NCBI GenBank assembly: GCA_052426225.1
Contig: JBNJNM010000009.1
Location: 744,001 to 808,000 of the forward strand
Direction: 5' to 3'
DNA from: Zancudomyces culisetae HAW-14-8
Taxonomy: Eukaryota > Fungi > Kickxellomycota
Length of the DNA: 64,000 nucleotides
Every line of letters begins with the position of its first letter. Positions within the stretch are counted from its first letter, which is position 1. The position numbers were made by a program, and so were the translations under genes. Shown piece after piece: positions 21,311-33,652 of this stretch. The notes under the pieces were generated by a model that worked only from the letters and a program-made list of their open reading frames with translations, was not told where the DNA came from and ran no database searches.

Positions 21311-22508
21311 TAAATAGCTAATAAATTGTAAACCTAACTCTATACATTTTATACTATTTTACCTAGATATCAAAAGGTGTGTTCAATACAAAATATCAAT
21401 TTACTCTTCCATATTCTGCCATTTACTATAGATAGTGTCACTTAATTCAGAATTATTACTAACATCGCATTCCAGTGTATTTTACATCATAGACTCATAA
21501 AAACCAGCAACCCATGAGTTTACTCGGGTATTTTGTATTAATAATACATTTACTGCCTATGTGATAATATCAGGTAAATTCCAACTTATTAATCAGTATC
21601 AAATTAATTCTACCTGTTTACATCCCAAACATTAACCAAACCTTAAATCATAGTCCTGTTATATCATAATAATCTCAAAAACTATATATTATTTTCCATT
21701 GCTCGATATTTAGTGTTAACCATTAGATAAAGGAAAAATAATATATACAGCTTTAAATCCACTGTGAGTTAATCAACTCGCGTATATTTTTGTAAATCAG
21801 TTTTCGGAGCCATTTCCAAGTATACAACTAAAGTTATACTAGATTATAATCTATTTCGAAACTGGAAGCACCAATAAACATTGCTGAATAATTTATTGTA
21901 ATGTTGCATATTATCATATCTCATAGAAACAAATGTGTTATAAAGTTGATATTAGTAGAGTTAATTTCTTGAAATTCCTAAAATATACAAGTGGCTGATC
22001 AACTCTATCTGTAACTTGTATAACCTAATGGCAACACACTTCATTATAGTAAATATTTAAAATATTTATATCTACCTTCAGCACCTCACCATCTTCAATA
22101 AATATCTCAACAATAATGACAGAAATATTCGCGCAGCTTGTGTTGGACGAAAAATAATGGAACTGAACAACTTTCTGCTGTCAATTTGATGGGACTTTTT
22201 TGATTTAGCAAATCACCTTAAATATCAAAAGTGAATACATCATTGGACTGATAATATCCAACATTTTGGAATTATGTTTAATTCTGAAATGTTTCCAATA
22301 GTTTGAAAATCTTTATTTTTTTCGAATTACGCAGCAAATGGTATGATAAATCAAATCCTAAAAATTAAATTCAATAGATCAAAAAAGCTGTATAAAAGCA
22401 AAAATTCCGCTATTCAAGACTTGTTAATTTTGATCGCAACACTTTGATACACTAAAAAATTAATTTAACACAAAGGAAAGGAACAAGAATAGGACATTCT
22501 TTGAGATA

Positions 22509-25310
22509 ATGGATAACAACATCAACAGTAACAGTCTTTTCGACAAACTTTCACCAAGTATCCTGTCAACCATATTTGTACTTGCTCAGAACCCTCAACT
22601 ATCACTTTTAAACAAAAATATGCACTATGCCACACAACAAATGGATACTATTAGCAAGTACATACTTCAATACGTCTTGTCAGACTCAGAGGATAACACT
22701 GGGCCGAGGTTGAGGGAAATACTCAAAGAATACACAAAAATAAATATAAATGAAACCATCGGAATACTGGTTTTGAGAAAAATCAGAAACCTGATTTGCG
22801 AAACTGGCTTAGAGCTGGCATTCAAGTACAGATGGAGAAATGTGCTAAAAAAACTGCTAAAGATGTATGTAGTTATTGATAGGGATACATCAACAGTTGT
22901 ATATAAAGGAACTTTATTCATTAACGAGAATGAATACCTAGATATTGATACCAGCTTTTTTTTTGACGAAGAAAACGAGTTTTTGAGCGAACTTACAGAC
23001 ATCAAGATATCTGGTTCTCATTATATCAGACCACTGATGGCTACAAGTTGGATATACTCAGTGTGGGAAATGAACGATGAAATTTACAATTCGGATACAA
23101 TTTTGAAACAGAGGATGTCGAAGCGTTGATAGATATCTGCAATAGCAAAATCGAAATTCCTAAAGAATTAACAGGTTTCGTTGAGGAAGATTTCAGATAT
23201 ATTAATAGCAAAGCTGTTATTTGTCTCATATTGTGTTGTGCAAATGAAATTTGCCAATTTAACAACCTTGAATTGATGAAACGGATTTTAGATTTAAAGA
23301 TTGAGGCTAACTTTTCTATTGAGGAATTGGAATTACACGAGGAGTATAGTGATGGGTTAGCATGGAATATACCAATTTATTTTATTGAAGAATATGAGTA
23401 CGAATCCCAAATGGATCTGTTGATATATATAACATATTCGTATTATTCAATCGAGTGCGATAGAAAAGAAATGATAAAATTCCTGGAGGAAAACTATCCA
23501 GATGTCACATACCAACAGATATTGTTCGATGCAGCTATTCACCATAGAAAGGAGGAATTGGTGAAAGAATATTTTTTCAAAGTGGACCCAAACTCAGAAA
23601 ATATTCAAAAAATAATAGAAATAGTGTATGAAAATGGTAGTGTCGATCTCATAACATTTCTTTTAAACAACTGTGGTAAAATGGAGGGAGAGTTGGATGA
23701 AAATGTTTTGAAAACAGTTATAAGAGAGAAAGACTGCGAATTAGCAAAAGATATTATAATAAGTTATCCAAATATTGTGAGTGTTTCCTGTCTGGAAGAG
23801 GCAGTGAAAAGCAGTGATGTTAGAATTGCTAAACTAATTATCGAATCTGGAGTGGATTTAAAGGGATCGGAGTTCAGGGGAATTGACATTTCTATAGAAA
23901 ATAAAGATATAGAAATGCTACAGTTGTTATTGGAAAATGGTGCTTCTGTTGGACTAATGGATGATAGTGTTATTGAGAAGCTGTGAAGTATCAAGAATTA
24001 TGAGATAGCAAATCGACTATTAGAATTCTCTGATAAAGATAAGGTTAAATCTAAAATTTCAGGAGGAGAGGACGAGGTTGAAAAAAGACTGAAATTTAAT
24101 AAAACAATTCTATGTCTAATTGAAGCAAACAAATATTTTAATCAAGATTATGCTGGTAAAAATGCTGAATTTGAAGATTTTCATAAATACCTGGACCTAT
24201 TCGAAAAAGTAATGGCGATTGTGAACTTAACAGAAAAGAATATTGTCAATGTATGTGCATCACATTTTTATAATCACTTCAATGCTTCTCGTAAAAATCA
24301 AGTTAAAAGAGCGTTTTATGATAAATCGGTTGCAATTATCGATTATATTGTTAAGAATAATTTGCAAAATACATTGGAAGACGCTGAATACGATAAAACA
24401 TGTGAGCTTGGAGAAAATAAATATGTAGAGGTGTTGAATGATTGCGGTTATGAACTAATAAAATCAAAACTGGTGATTCGAAACTTTGAAATGTTGAAGC
24501 TATTGATAAAGTATGGAGGGGATGTTGATTCGTATGGTAGTTTGATTCTGAAAACTGCGTATAAAGCAGGTGATATTGGCTGGATTGATTACTTTATTAG
24601 CAAAGGTGCAAAACTAAACGGAAGATCAGATGGATTTAAAGAGGCGTGTAAATCAGATAAGGTTGAAGTGTTGAAACACTGGATCAAGAATGGAGGTGTG
24701 GTACCCAAGAACCCAGAATACTCTTGCATTAACATGGCGTGTTTATTGAGTAACTTTGATATGGTAAAGCTTTTGGTAGAAAATGGAGTTAATCAGAGTG
24801 GCCCAGAACGAAATGGATTCAGAATCGCAAGTAGATTGGGTCTCAGATATACTCTAAAGTACCTTTGGATAATTATTCTGTGATCGAAGGTGTTATTCAT
24901 TATCAATTAGAGCATGCGTGTATAATCCAGGATGTTAGGTTGGTAAAAGTGATACTTGGTCGTAATGATAGTTTAGGAGTATTGGAAAAAAGGGATAACA
25001 CGGATACAGAGAAACGCGAGAAAGCACGGTTCATTTCTTCTTTTGATAATGAAAACACTGACCGTTAATAAGAATATAAGATTAATAAAAACTTAAATTG
25101 AAAGGAGCGAACCCATCCAGTAAAATGATATTTTGGATAGTATTATGGATTGAAGAGGCAATTGACCACAAAAATGTAGAAATGATTCAATTGTTGATAA
25201 AGTATGATTTGATACAATTTATATAAGAAATCAATTATGGAGATTGCAAGTACCTGAAAAACCAAAAATTTGCTGAATAGTGTCATGAAGAGAAAGATGT
25301 GTTTAAAAAA
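22509..25310 (+). pseudogene. F-box-like/ankyrin paralog copy 2, pseudogene
   Basis: Collinear with copy 1, but has a frameshift near 23.1 kb, TGA at 23984, a frameshift near 24865, further stops and a large deletion near 25140. Confidence 0.9.
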
Positions 25311-26136
25311 TGAAACTGTCATAACTTTTATAAATTAATAGTTGGGATATTAGTTATTTTAACTAAGCGTGTGTATTTGGTGTAATGCTATTTTTTATTA
25401 TAATTAATGTCAAGCATCAATTGCTGTTATCCTGAATTTTTCAGTATTTTATGAATTAACTTTCATTAAAAATCATGGTTTGAATAATTAAATGTGATGA
25501 GTTAAACATAACGAAGCACATTTGGCTGCATATTATACAGTAATGCGGGTTATCTTTGCATTAGTTTTAAATTAAACAACATTGTGCCTAGATTATACTT
25601 TGCATAGATCAACATTATTTGAAATGGTAAAGTTTCTTGAATAAAAGTTGAAACATCTAAGCTGATTAAGTTTCAAACCTTCTTTCAGATCTCATTATTC
25701 CTTCTTTCACCTACTTTCTTTGAGTATATAATATATTAACTAGTATGTTTTTACTTTAAATGTTTTGTCTTGGTAATTGGATAATATTTAATAATTATAT
25801 TGATAAACTAGTTTAGCTACGTCTTAATATATTCTTTTCACCAGTAACAATTTAGTACCTTGTTAATTACACATTCTGTATAAAAACCAGTAGTTCAGTG
25901 GATGGTTGTGATCAAAGTAACGTAGTTTTTTACACAACATGTACCAGTATATGGTTTGTGTACTCATTTCAATGTATGAACAAAGCAGATTTTGTATAAG
26001 TCCAATAATACGATAAAAATATCCAAGTACATATTCCTTTTTTATTTTGTTTTGTATACTTTGAATACTAAGATATTGGTAAATCTAACTTATTGAGTCA
26101 AAAGCTCATTACATTATATGTACGTTTATTTCGAAC

Positions 26137-26687
26137 TCAGTTCAAGTAGTTTTATTAAGAAATTCATTTATACTAAAAAAAATTATAAACTTAAAATAAT
26201 AATACCATTAAAAGAAAAGTTAGGTCATATAAAGTATTACTATATGTTTTAATAGACGTATTCATAGATACATTGTCAAATATCTTATGACTCCTGTCAA
26301 CGTTGTACTTAAGGCATAACTCTATAATCTTTAGATTTATTTCTGATTGTGTCCTCAATTGTTCCGTCCGTTTCCTCGACTCTTCTGCGCTTGCTAGAGC
26401 TTTAAGAATCTCTTCACAGTTTTTGTCACTTTCCTCCAGTCTTTTCTCCCGCTTATTAAATATTTATGTATTCCGTATATTATTTAATAGCATTAAAATC
26501 CCTAGTGTATTATATGAAATAATAAATAAAATTTGAAAAAGCATTGACATTTTAAGAATTGTATTACTGGAAGTATATTTACTACGGAAAAAATATATTA
26601 TGTTTATATAATATATAGAACTTTTTGCGTACTGTTTTTTTTCCTTTTTGACAAAAGATCTTGTTTTATACTTGGGGTGGACGGCAT
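26137..26687 (-). CDS. Possible small three-exon coiled-coil protein (not in the ORF track)
   Basis: MPSTPSIKQDLLSKRKKT, GTACGC..AG intron, REKRLEESDKNCEEILKALASAEESRKRTEQLRTQSEINLKIIELCL, GTACAA..TAG intron, NINEFLNKNYLN. The splice phases are compatible. Confidence 0.35.
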
Positions 26688-29600
26688 TATAGTAGAGGGT
26701 TTTGGTTTTTGGTTTTTGGTTGATACTACACTTGTTTTTCTGTCTTTTTTCCTTTCCTTTTTTTTTTAGTTTGTATAATACTAGATTGTCATAAGAGATG
26801 GTTTTATTAATTTCTAGGTAAAAATGATCTTGTCAAAAAAGTGTCCAAAATTCAACGAATTTTTGTTGGTATTAATAAAAAAAATAAAACTAATGATAAA
26901 ATTCTTGACAACTTTTACACATGTCAAAAAGCAAAGAGAATAAATGCAAAAGTGTTTTTTTGTTGCTTTATGCATCAATGAGGGAATACAGAAACGGGTG
27001 GGTTAACTAATGTGAAATAAAGATTCATTTTTGGATAGGTAAAAAGGTGTTTTTGAAATGCAATATTGACATATTTTGATTTTTCACTTTGTATCAAACT
27101 AATTTAGTAATGTCGAATTACTCATCAAACATTATTGATGTATTGGGGTAAGAAGTATTGGTGGGAAGGGAGGATAGTGAGTGGTAAATAATTTGATTTA
27201 ATTGAACAGTAAATATCATGAACTCTTTAGTAGTCTGATTAATTGCAAATATTTTTCATTGATGAGGTTATTTATTCAATAACACATAAAAATAATAAAA
27301 ACCTACCCAACAAAATATCTATTAACAGGTCCTCGCCTATTAGTCTAGGAATTCCACACATACTGACTGTTGGTTCAACAAGATTGCTTTTGGTCTAGAT
27401 TGATTATGATTATCAGCCTCGCCTGTCAGAATTGACACTATTATATTCGTTTGTTTTAATGGTTTTTATCTATCGTAAGATAGTATTCTACTACTAAGTT
27501 TGTCACATTGAAAAAAGTCCTTTAATCATACTTAATATCTTTTCAAGTTTTTAATATCACCAAAATACTATTAGAAGATTTATCAAGTTACTAAAACATG
27601 AATAAACGCTTAAAATTAATCTCTAAAATGTAATACCGAATTTGAGCTAATAATATTCTAAAGAGTTAACTATTCATCAGCTTGATCATTTCTTTTAATT
27701 AAAATTTTGGAATAACCTTGTAGAAATACTAATCCAAAATGAAACATGAAGTATTAATTACCTGACCTAACAGATTCTATCCAATAATATTTCTATATCC
27801 AGCACTTCGTGATGCAATACTTGACATTTTCCTTTTTTACAGAAAGAGTAATTTAATTCTATGACTCCATTCTAAGGGAAACAGGAATGTTTTGTCTGTA
27901 GATAGTGTCAATTTTCTATCCTTACTGGGTTCCAGTATTCAATCTATCTGAGATTCGAACATTGATATTTAGATGATATCTGTGGTAGTATTTCCCGATA
28001 ATCATTAATTATCTTTAGATATAAATGTGTGGAAATGTAAAATTTAATGGTTTACACTGTCAATTCGGAATAATCTAAAATGGTTGACAAATTTCAGTGT
28101 CAAATTTAGAATAATGATGTCTTTATTTTTTATGTTTTATTTGGTATACACTTTATTAAAAGTTAACAGTTATTTATGGAGCTTTGGAATATTCTATTAT
28201 GGTAGGATAAAGGAAAAATCAAAATACGCAGAAAAACATCGTTTTTTTATTCAAAAGTCAATAAAGCTATTTTCTAAAAACTAAAAAATACCTAATACTG
28301 AAAATATACACAGGATTAGGAACACACTAATACTTACCCAAAAAGAGGTTTGTTAGCGGGACTTGCCAAATTTCTTAGTCGTTAAAACAGTAGTCAATAT
28401 ATTAGTATTTTTTTACAAGTTTAAAACGCTTCAGAATAAAATTGCTACAAAATAAAAAAATATTTTATAAACATCCAAATCTACAAAAAAAATAACAATG
28501 AAAAAAACGAACCCTACCTTTGGTAATGCCGGGACAATACAATTTAGTCCAGCCAAAGTGAAAACAAACTACACAACATATATACTAGTTCAAAAATTAT
28601 CGAAATTTCAGGACCTGATATTAAGTACTATAACAATATCTTCGAGACTTGAATTATTTTAAAGCTTTACAAACTTATGAACGCTTAGCTTTAACGCTAA
28701 CTAAACTAAGTTGGTTCAATGATATTTTTATCAAATGCGAAATTGGTGCTTTTTCTTTTTTCTTTGATTTTCAATCTTCCTAGTTTATTTTTTCTAAAAT
28801 TATTAAACAAGCTTATATTGGTTTTAGGCTTTCAAAAATTAGTTACAACTGAATTAGGGTGTATTTTAAAATGTATTTTCTATTTTGTTCTTTGTTTACA
28901 ACCAATCTTAGCGTTGTCTTGCGAACTAGATTCTATCTTTTTTATACAATTGGTTTTTGTTAGTTAAGTACATAACTTTATCATCCTATCTACTAACATT
29001 ATTATTTGTTCACTGTCCCCTAATAAGTGTCTTATTTTCTTCTCTATTTCGAATCTTGTCTCATGACGACTTGTCCTATTTGCGTCGATTAAATTTATCG
29101 TGAATTACTACCGTCGGCTTCGATCCTATTTATCTTAATATCGAACACACTCCTTTAAATTATTGACTCGTTATTATATTGAAAAAAGTTATCATAGATT
29201 ATTCATATTTATCACGAAACTATTTATGGTCACATTGAACTAAGCTATAAATGCTTAACCTTACATCTAATATAATAAAATTGTTAGATATACTTAGTAG
29301 TATTTCTCACTAGTCTTTTTCAAACAAAAGCAAAAAGATAAAAACATTTAAACTGACAAAAATAACCATTTTTTTCTAGTATCGAGACTCGTTGGCCTCA
29401 CCTGCCGTTAATCAACATGACTACCTTATATATAAACTTGAAAAAGGAATTGTCAAATTTCATTGGTGCCACAAGGATACTGGAAACTGCAGAACAATCT
29501 GTGACTTATTATTTTAGTGTACATAATGCAACTTTTTTTTTAAATTTTTCTACCATTTTTCTCAACATAGGTCGTAGCAAGCAAATAGAAAAACCAATTT

Positions 29601-30380
29601 CAGCAATTTTTATTTATTGTTCATTTAAATTAATTTTTATATTTCTAATGTGCAGCTCGTTAAGATAACAAGCAAGCCAGTTTATTACAAATGTGTAGAG
29701 ATTTTTCTCACTTATCTATATATTTTTATTATTGCTACATTTCTTATATAGATGGCTTTTACAATATATCTTTAGGACTTGGGATTAAAAAATTAATTAT
29801 GCCGAACTTGAGGCAAACTGCTTGTTGTCAAATAATAACAGTTATAAATATAAGACAATAAATAACTGCAAGCGGTTGGTCACAAAGAATTCTAGGGTTA
29901 TGTAATTTTGGTTATTTTAGAAATAAAAAAAATTTTAACTTTGCACATATCTTTTTATTTATAGGTGGTGAATTCTGCGCCATATAGTAACATTGAAATT
30001 TAATGAGGATTGTGTAAAAGCACTGAAATAAATAAAGCTAATTCGAAAACTGGGTGAATTTATGGTCTTAGAAGAAACTTTACATACAACTGTTTGGTGG
30101 AATTTGTGATAGGAAATCAGCAACAAATTCCAATCTTCAAACTGATTTGGTGTACATGAAGTTGGAACTAGCCTAAAAAGAATATATAGCAAGTTAAAAG
30201 ATAATATTGAAAATAGTATAAAAACAACCGAAGATAGAAATAATCAAGTCTGCACTTTAAACAGAAAGGCAACCTAATATCTCTAGGCTTCAGATTAGGG
30301 GTATCTTTTTTAAATTGAATACTGTTTTTTTTTCATTTAAGCTTTCTAGAGGGTATATGGACATAATCAATTAAATCGGA

Positions 30381-32072
30381 ATGGTGTGTGGAATGGAAAG
30401 ATCAATTCTGGGGTTGAGCTTTTACGTACACGACTATATTCTAAGTGTATTACTTTCAATACAGTTTGTTGACGATCTTGTGTTATTTGCAACAGAGAGT
30501 GAATATAGACACATAATGATAAACCTCATCTACCTACCGCTTATGGCATGCGATATAAAATGGCTGTTGAAATACATTGTATCGAATCTTTGGCTACAGG
30601 AAATACTGGTTTTTATTAAGAACGCGACTTTGCTTTATTTATGCTGTTATCAAATGTCAGAAAAAATCAGAAAAACGGTAAAGGAAATAGCTGTGCCCTA
30701 TGGTTTAAAAAAAGTAAAATGCATAGAGGCTGGTATTAACCGTAATTCTTCAGAGGGATACAAAGACGAAGGTGAAGTTTATAGGAAGCATATGAACCAA
30801 AATCTATGTATAGTTAATTTGAACAAGAGAAAAAGTATTTTGATCGGTGGGCGGTTTTCTTCAGAATATGTAAAGCATCCAGACACAATATTCAATAGGA
30901 ATCGGGCTTACCTAAAAGATCGCCACAAGTACACAGTATTAACCAGGGGAATACATGTGGATGATATCCTATACACCAGATACTTGTTGTACTTTATGTC
31001 ATATGTTGACTTGAGCGAATCGATGGAGGCAATTCAACCAACTCTGGAACAAGTAATTAGAAAAGAAATTATATCATCTGGAAGCGTGTATAATGGAAAT
31101 GAGGTAGTGGTTAACAATTTGTATGAAACAGTAAAAAACATGGTTAGCTTTGCTATAATATTTAGGTTTTTTGGCCCATACGCAATAAGGGATAAGGATT
31201 TGGTTGAAAGCTTAAAAAAAGTGACGAAACCGACTAATCTTGGAAACATCAAAGATCAAGAGTTTTTTTCAACACTATTTACTGCGGGATATTTGGGTAA
31301 AAACTACTTTTATGAGTATTTTGAACTTGAGTCGAGCCGCAGAAAATATCTGCCCGAATATAGTAAACCAACTGATATAATACAATTTTTTACAGACAAT
31401 TTTAGCGTTTTCCAAGCGGAACTAACGAGCGTAGCGTATTGCATACAGGTATCTGTATCACTTGGTGTGGAAGTGACATCAAGGCGGATATTTAACTTAT
31501 TAGTAGAACTTAGTTTGAGGCCTGATGTCTACAAAGAGCTGCTGCAGGAGCAACATGAGCTTATTGAAAAGAAAGGTGGTAAAAAGGATATTCCATTCGA
31601 AATGCTGGACGAAATGTTGTACTTGGATGCATTCATTAAAGAAACGATCAGGCTTTCGGGATCAGATTTATTCATGCCCCGTTGCACGACCCAGGAAGTG
31701 GTGATGTCTAATGGAGTGACTATTTCTAAACATCAATATGTGAGTTTTAACATTCAGGCGCATAACAGGGATCCCAAAATATTTGGGCCAAATGCGGATG
31801 AATTCGACTACAAGCGACACATTCGTCTTGGGCTGAAGCTAACAGATACTTCGTTGGCTAATTTAATGTGGAGTGCTGGCAATCGGGTCTGTCTAGCAAG
31901 GGTGTATGCAGCTGCACTTATGAAGCTGATGTTGGCGATGATCATTAGAAAATACGAGGTGCATGCCAATTATTCTGTTAAAAAAAATAAGCATGGACAA
32001 CCCGCATTCACTCACTATAACTCTCTTAGCGATTTTTGCACAAACAAGGGACTGTACTTTAAGATTCGTTAG
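30381..32072 (+). CDS. Divergent cytochrome P450
   Basis: ExxR (KETIR), HNRDPKIFG, meander EFDYKRH, heme Cys in WSAGNRVCLA, hydrophobic N-terminus. Confidence 0.9.
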   Translation: MVCGMERSILGLSFYVHDYILSVLLSIQFVDDLVLFATESEYRHIMINLIYLPLMACDIKWLLKYIVSNLWLQEILVFIKNATLLYLCCYQMSEKIRKTVKEIAVPYGLKKVKCIEAGINRNSSEGYKDEGEVYRKHMNQNLCIVNLNKRKSILIGGRFSSEYVKHPDTIFNRNRAYLKDRHKYTVLTRGIHVDDILYTRYLLYFMSYVDLSESMEAIQPTLEQVIRKEIISSGSVYNGNEVVVNNLYETVKNMVSFAIIFRFFGPYAIRDKDLVESLKKVTKPTNLGNIKDQEFFSTLFTAGYLGKNYFYEYFELESSRRKYLPEYSKPTDIIQFFTDNFSVFQAELTSVAYCIQVSVSLGVEVTSRRIFNLLVELSLRPDVYKELLQEQHELIEKKGGKKDIPFEMLDEMLYLDAFIKETIRLSGSDLFMPRCTTQEVVMSNGVTISKHQYVSFNIQAHNRDPKIFGPNADEFDYKRHIRLGLKLTDTSLANLMWSAGNRVCLARVYAAALMKLMLAMIIRKYEVHANYSVKKNKHGQPAFTHYNSLSDFCTNKGLYFKIR

Positions 32073-33652
32073 TATTGTAGCGTATTACATATTATTTGCT
32101 ACTTTGGTCAATAACTAATTAAATATAGTGTAGATAACGTTGTTTTCGAACTCACCAAAAAATAATAGCAATATAAAATAGAGGGAAATAAGTAACGATA
32201 TTTGAGCAATGAATAATATGTCAAGTTGCTTTATAAAATTAAACAATAATTTTTTACCAAATAACTATATCTTTAAATATATCCTATTGTAAGCTCTAAA
32301 AAACAAATGAATAGAAAGTGGAATATACTACAAGTAATCGACTTGATATTTGCTGCCAGTGTCAGTGAAAACTACAAACATTTTACATTGAGATATGCTC
32401 GCTAGAATTTTTTGAGCGTTAGTTACCTACTACTCTTATTTTTATCTTTTTTACAAACGGTTCAACTCTATTTTCTGTGAATAAATGCATTTTACTAGAC
32501 CAATCATCCAAATTACACAATTATTGTAAATAAAAAGCAATCTTTAAAAGAAAAACTACAATTTTTAGTTAAGAAATATTAGTATACAATCAAATTAGCT
32601 TGGGAAATTTAATATTTAATACCATTTATTAAAAAACACAGAAATGATGAAAACAAATTTATAAACTTTATATTGTCATAACGAGATTGAAAATGTTAGT
32701 TGTTCATCTAGGGTAAGTGTTTCCCCTTATATACAACAAAGTATAATCAGCTATAACTGTATTAAGCTAATAAATAAATGTTTTAATCCTATGAATTAAC
32801 TAATTGTATTATGATATGAATCTAATATAAAACATCAATAAAATGATACTAATAACATATGTATTTATATGTTATAAAATGAGACACACCGCTACAATAT
32901 ATCAGGATAATATTACATAATTATTGGTATTATGCAAGTGGTAAGAGCATACATATTTTTATGAAACATTAATGTTTATAACACATAGTACGTCTGTAGT
33001 TGTCTAATACTTTTTGAAAAAGTATACATTGCTAGAGATTTAATAAAAAAGAAGCTTTAGCAATTAATAATTTTCTAAATATCTGCTATTTATATAAAGT
33101 CAATAAGCCTCAACATATAATATTAATGAATTCTGGTCAGAATGGATTTATCTACTTTATTTATAATATTATAGAATTTACTAAATCCACTAAATTATTA
33201 AATCTATTGATATAAACTATTTTTTAAATTTACATACAACTCTAAGATTAGTCAACGTATAAACGCTCAAAAAAATGACAGGGATATCCTACCCGGTTTA
33301 TGCTTTATTCAAGTTCATGGAAATGAAACAACATTGTTGTCAATTTGGTCAATTTGTTATTCAATTATTTAACTCATGTTGAAATCATTTAAAAACCGCA
33401 AGCTATTGGCTTGAAAACAAATTAATTTTCGGGACTAGCGATTAGGTCCTAAAAAATAACCAATAATATCAAGATAATTTCTGACTTTTAACAAAATACG
33501 CTACAAATGACCAGTTAATTAATGTTTAGATTTTGATAAATTAACAAAAAATATCAATAAAATAGTATTAAAAACCAGCATATGCCAACTTTTCATGGCT
33601 TGATTATTTTAATCAAATAACTTTAATATACAAACAGACAAACCAAGGTAGA

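Noticed and set aside
23984-23986. In-frame TGA aligned with Cys of the paralog (EKL*SIKNY vs EKLCSIKNY), the usual selenocysteine signature
   Set aside because: The same copy has frameshifts, other stops and a deletion, and I saw no SECIS downstream. A TGC-to-TGA nonsense change is simpler.
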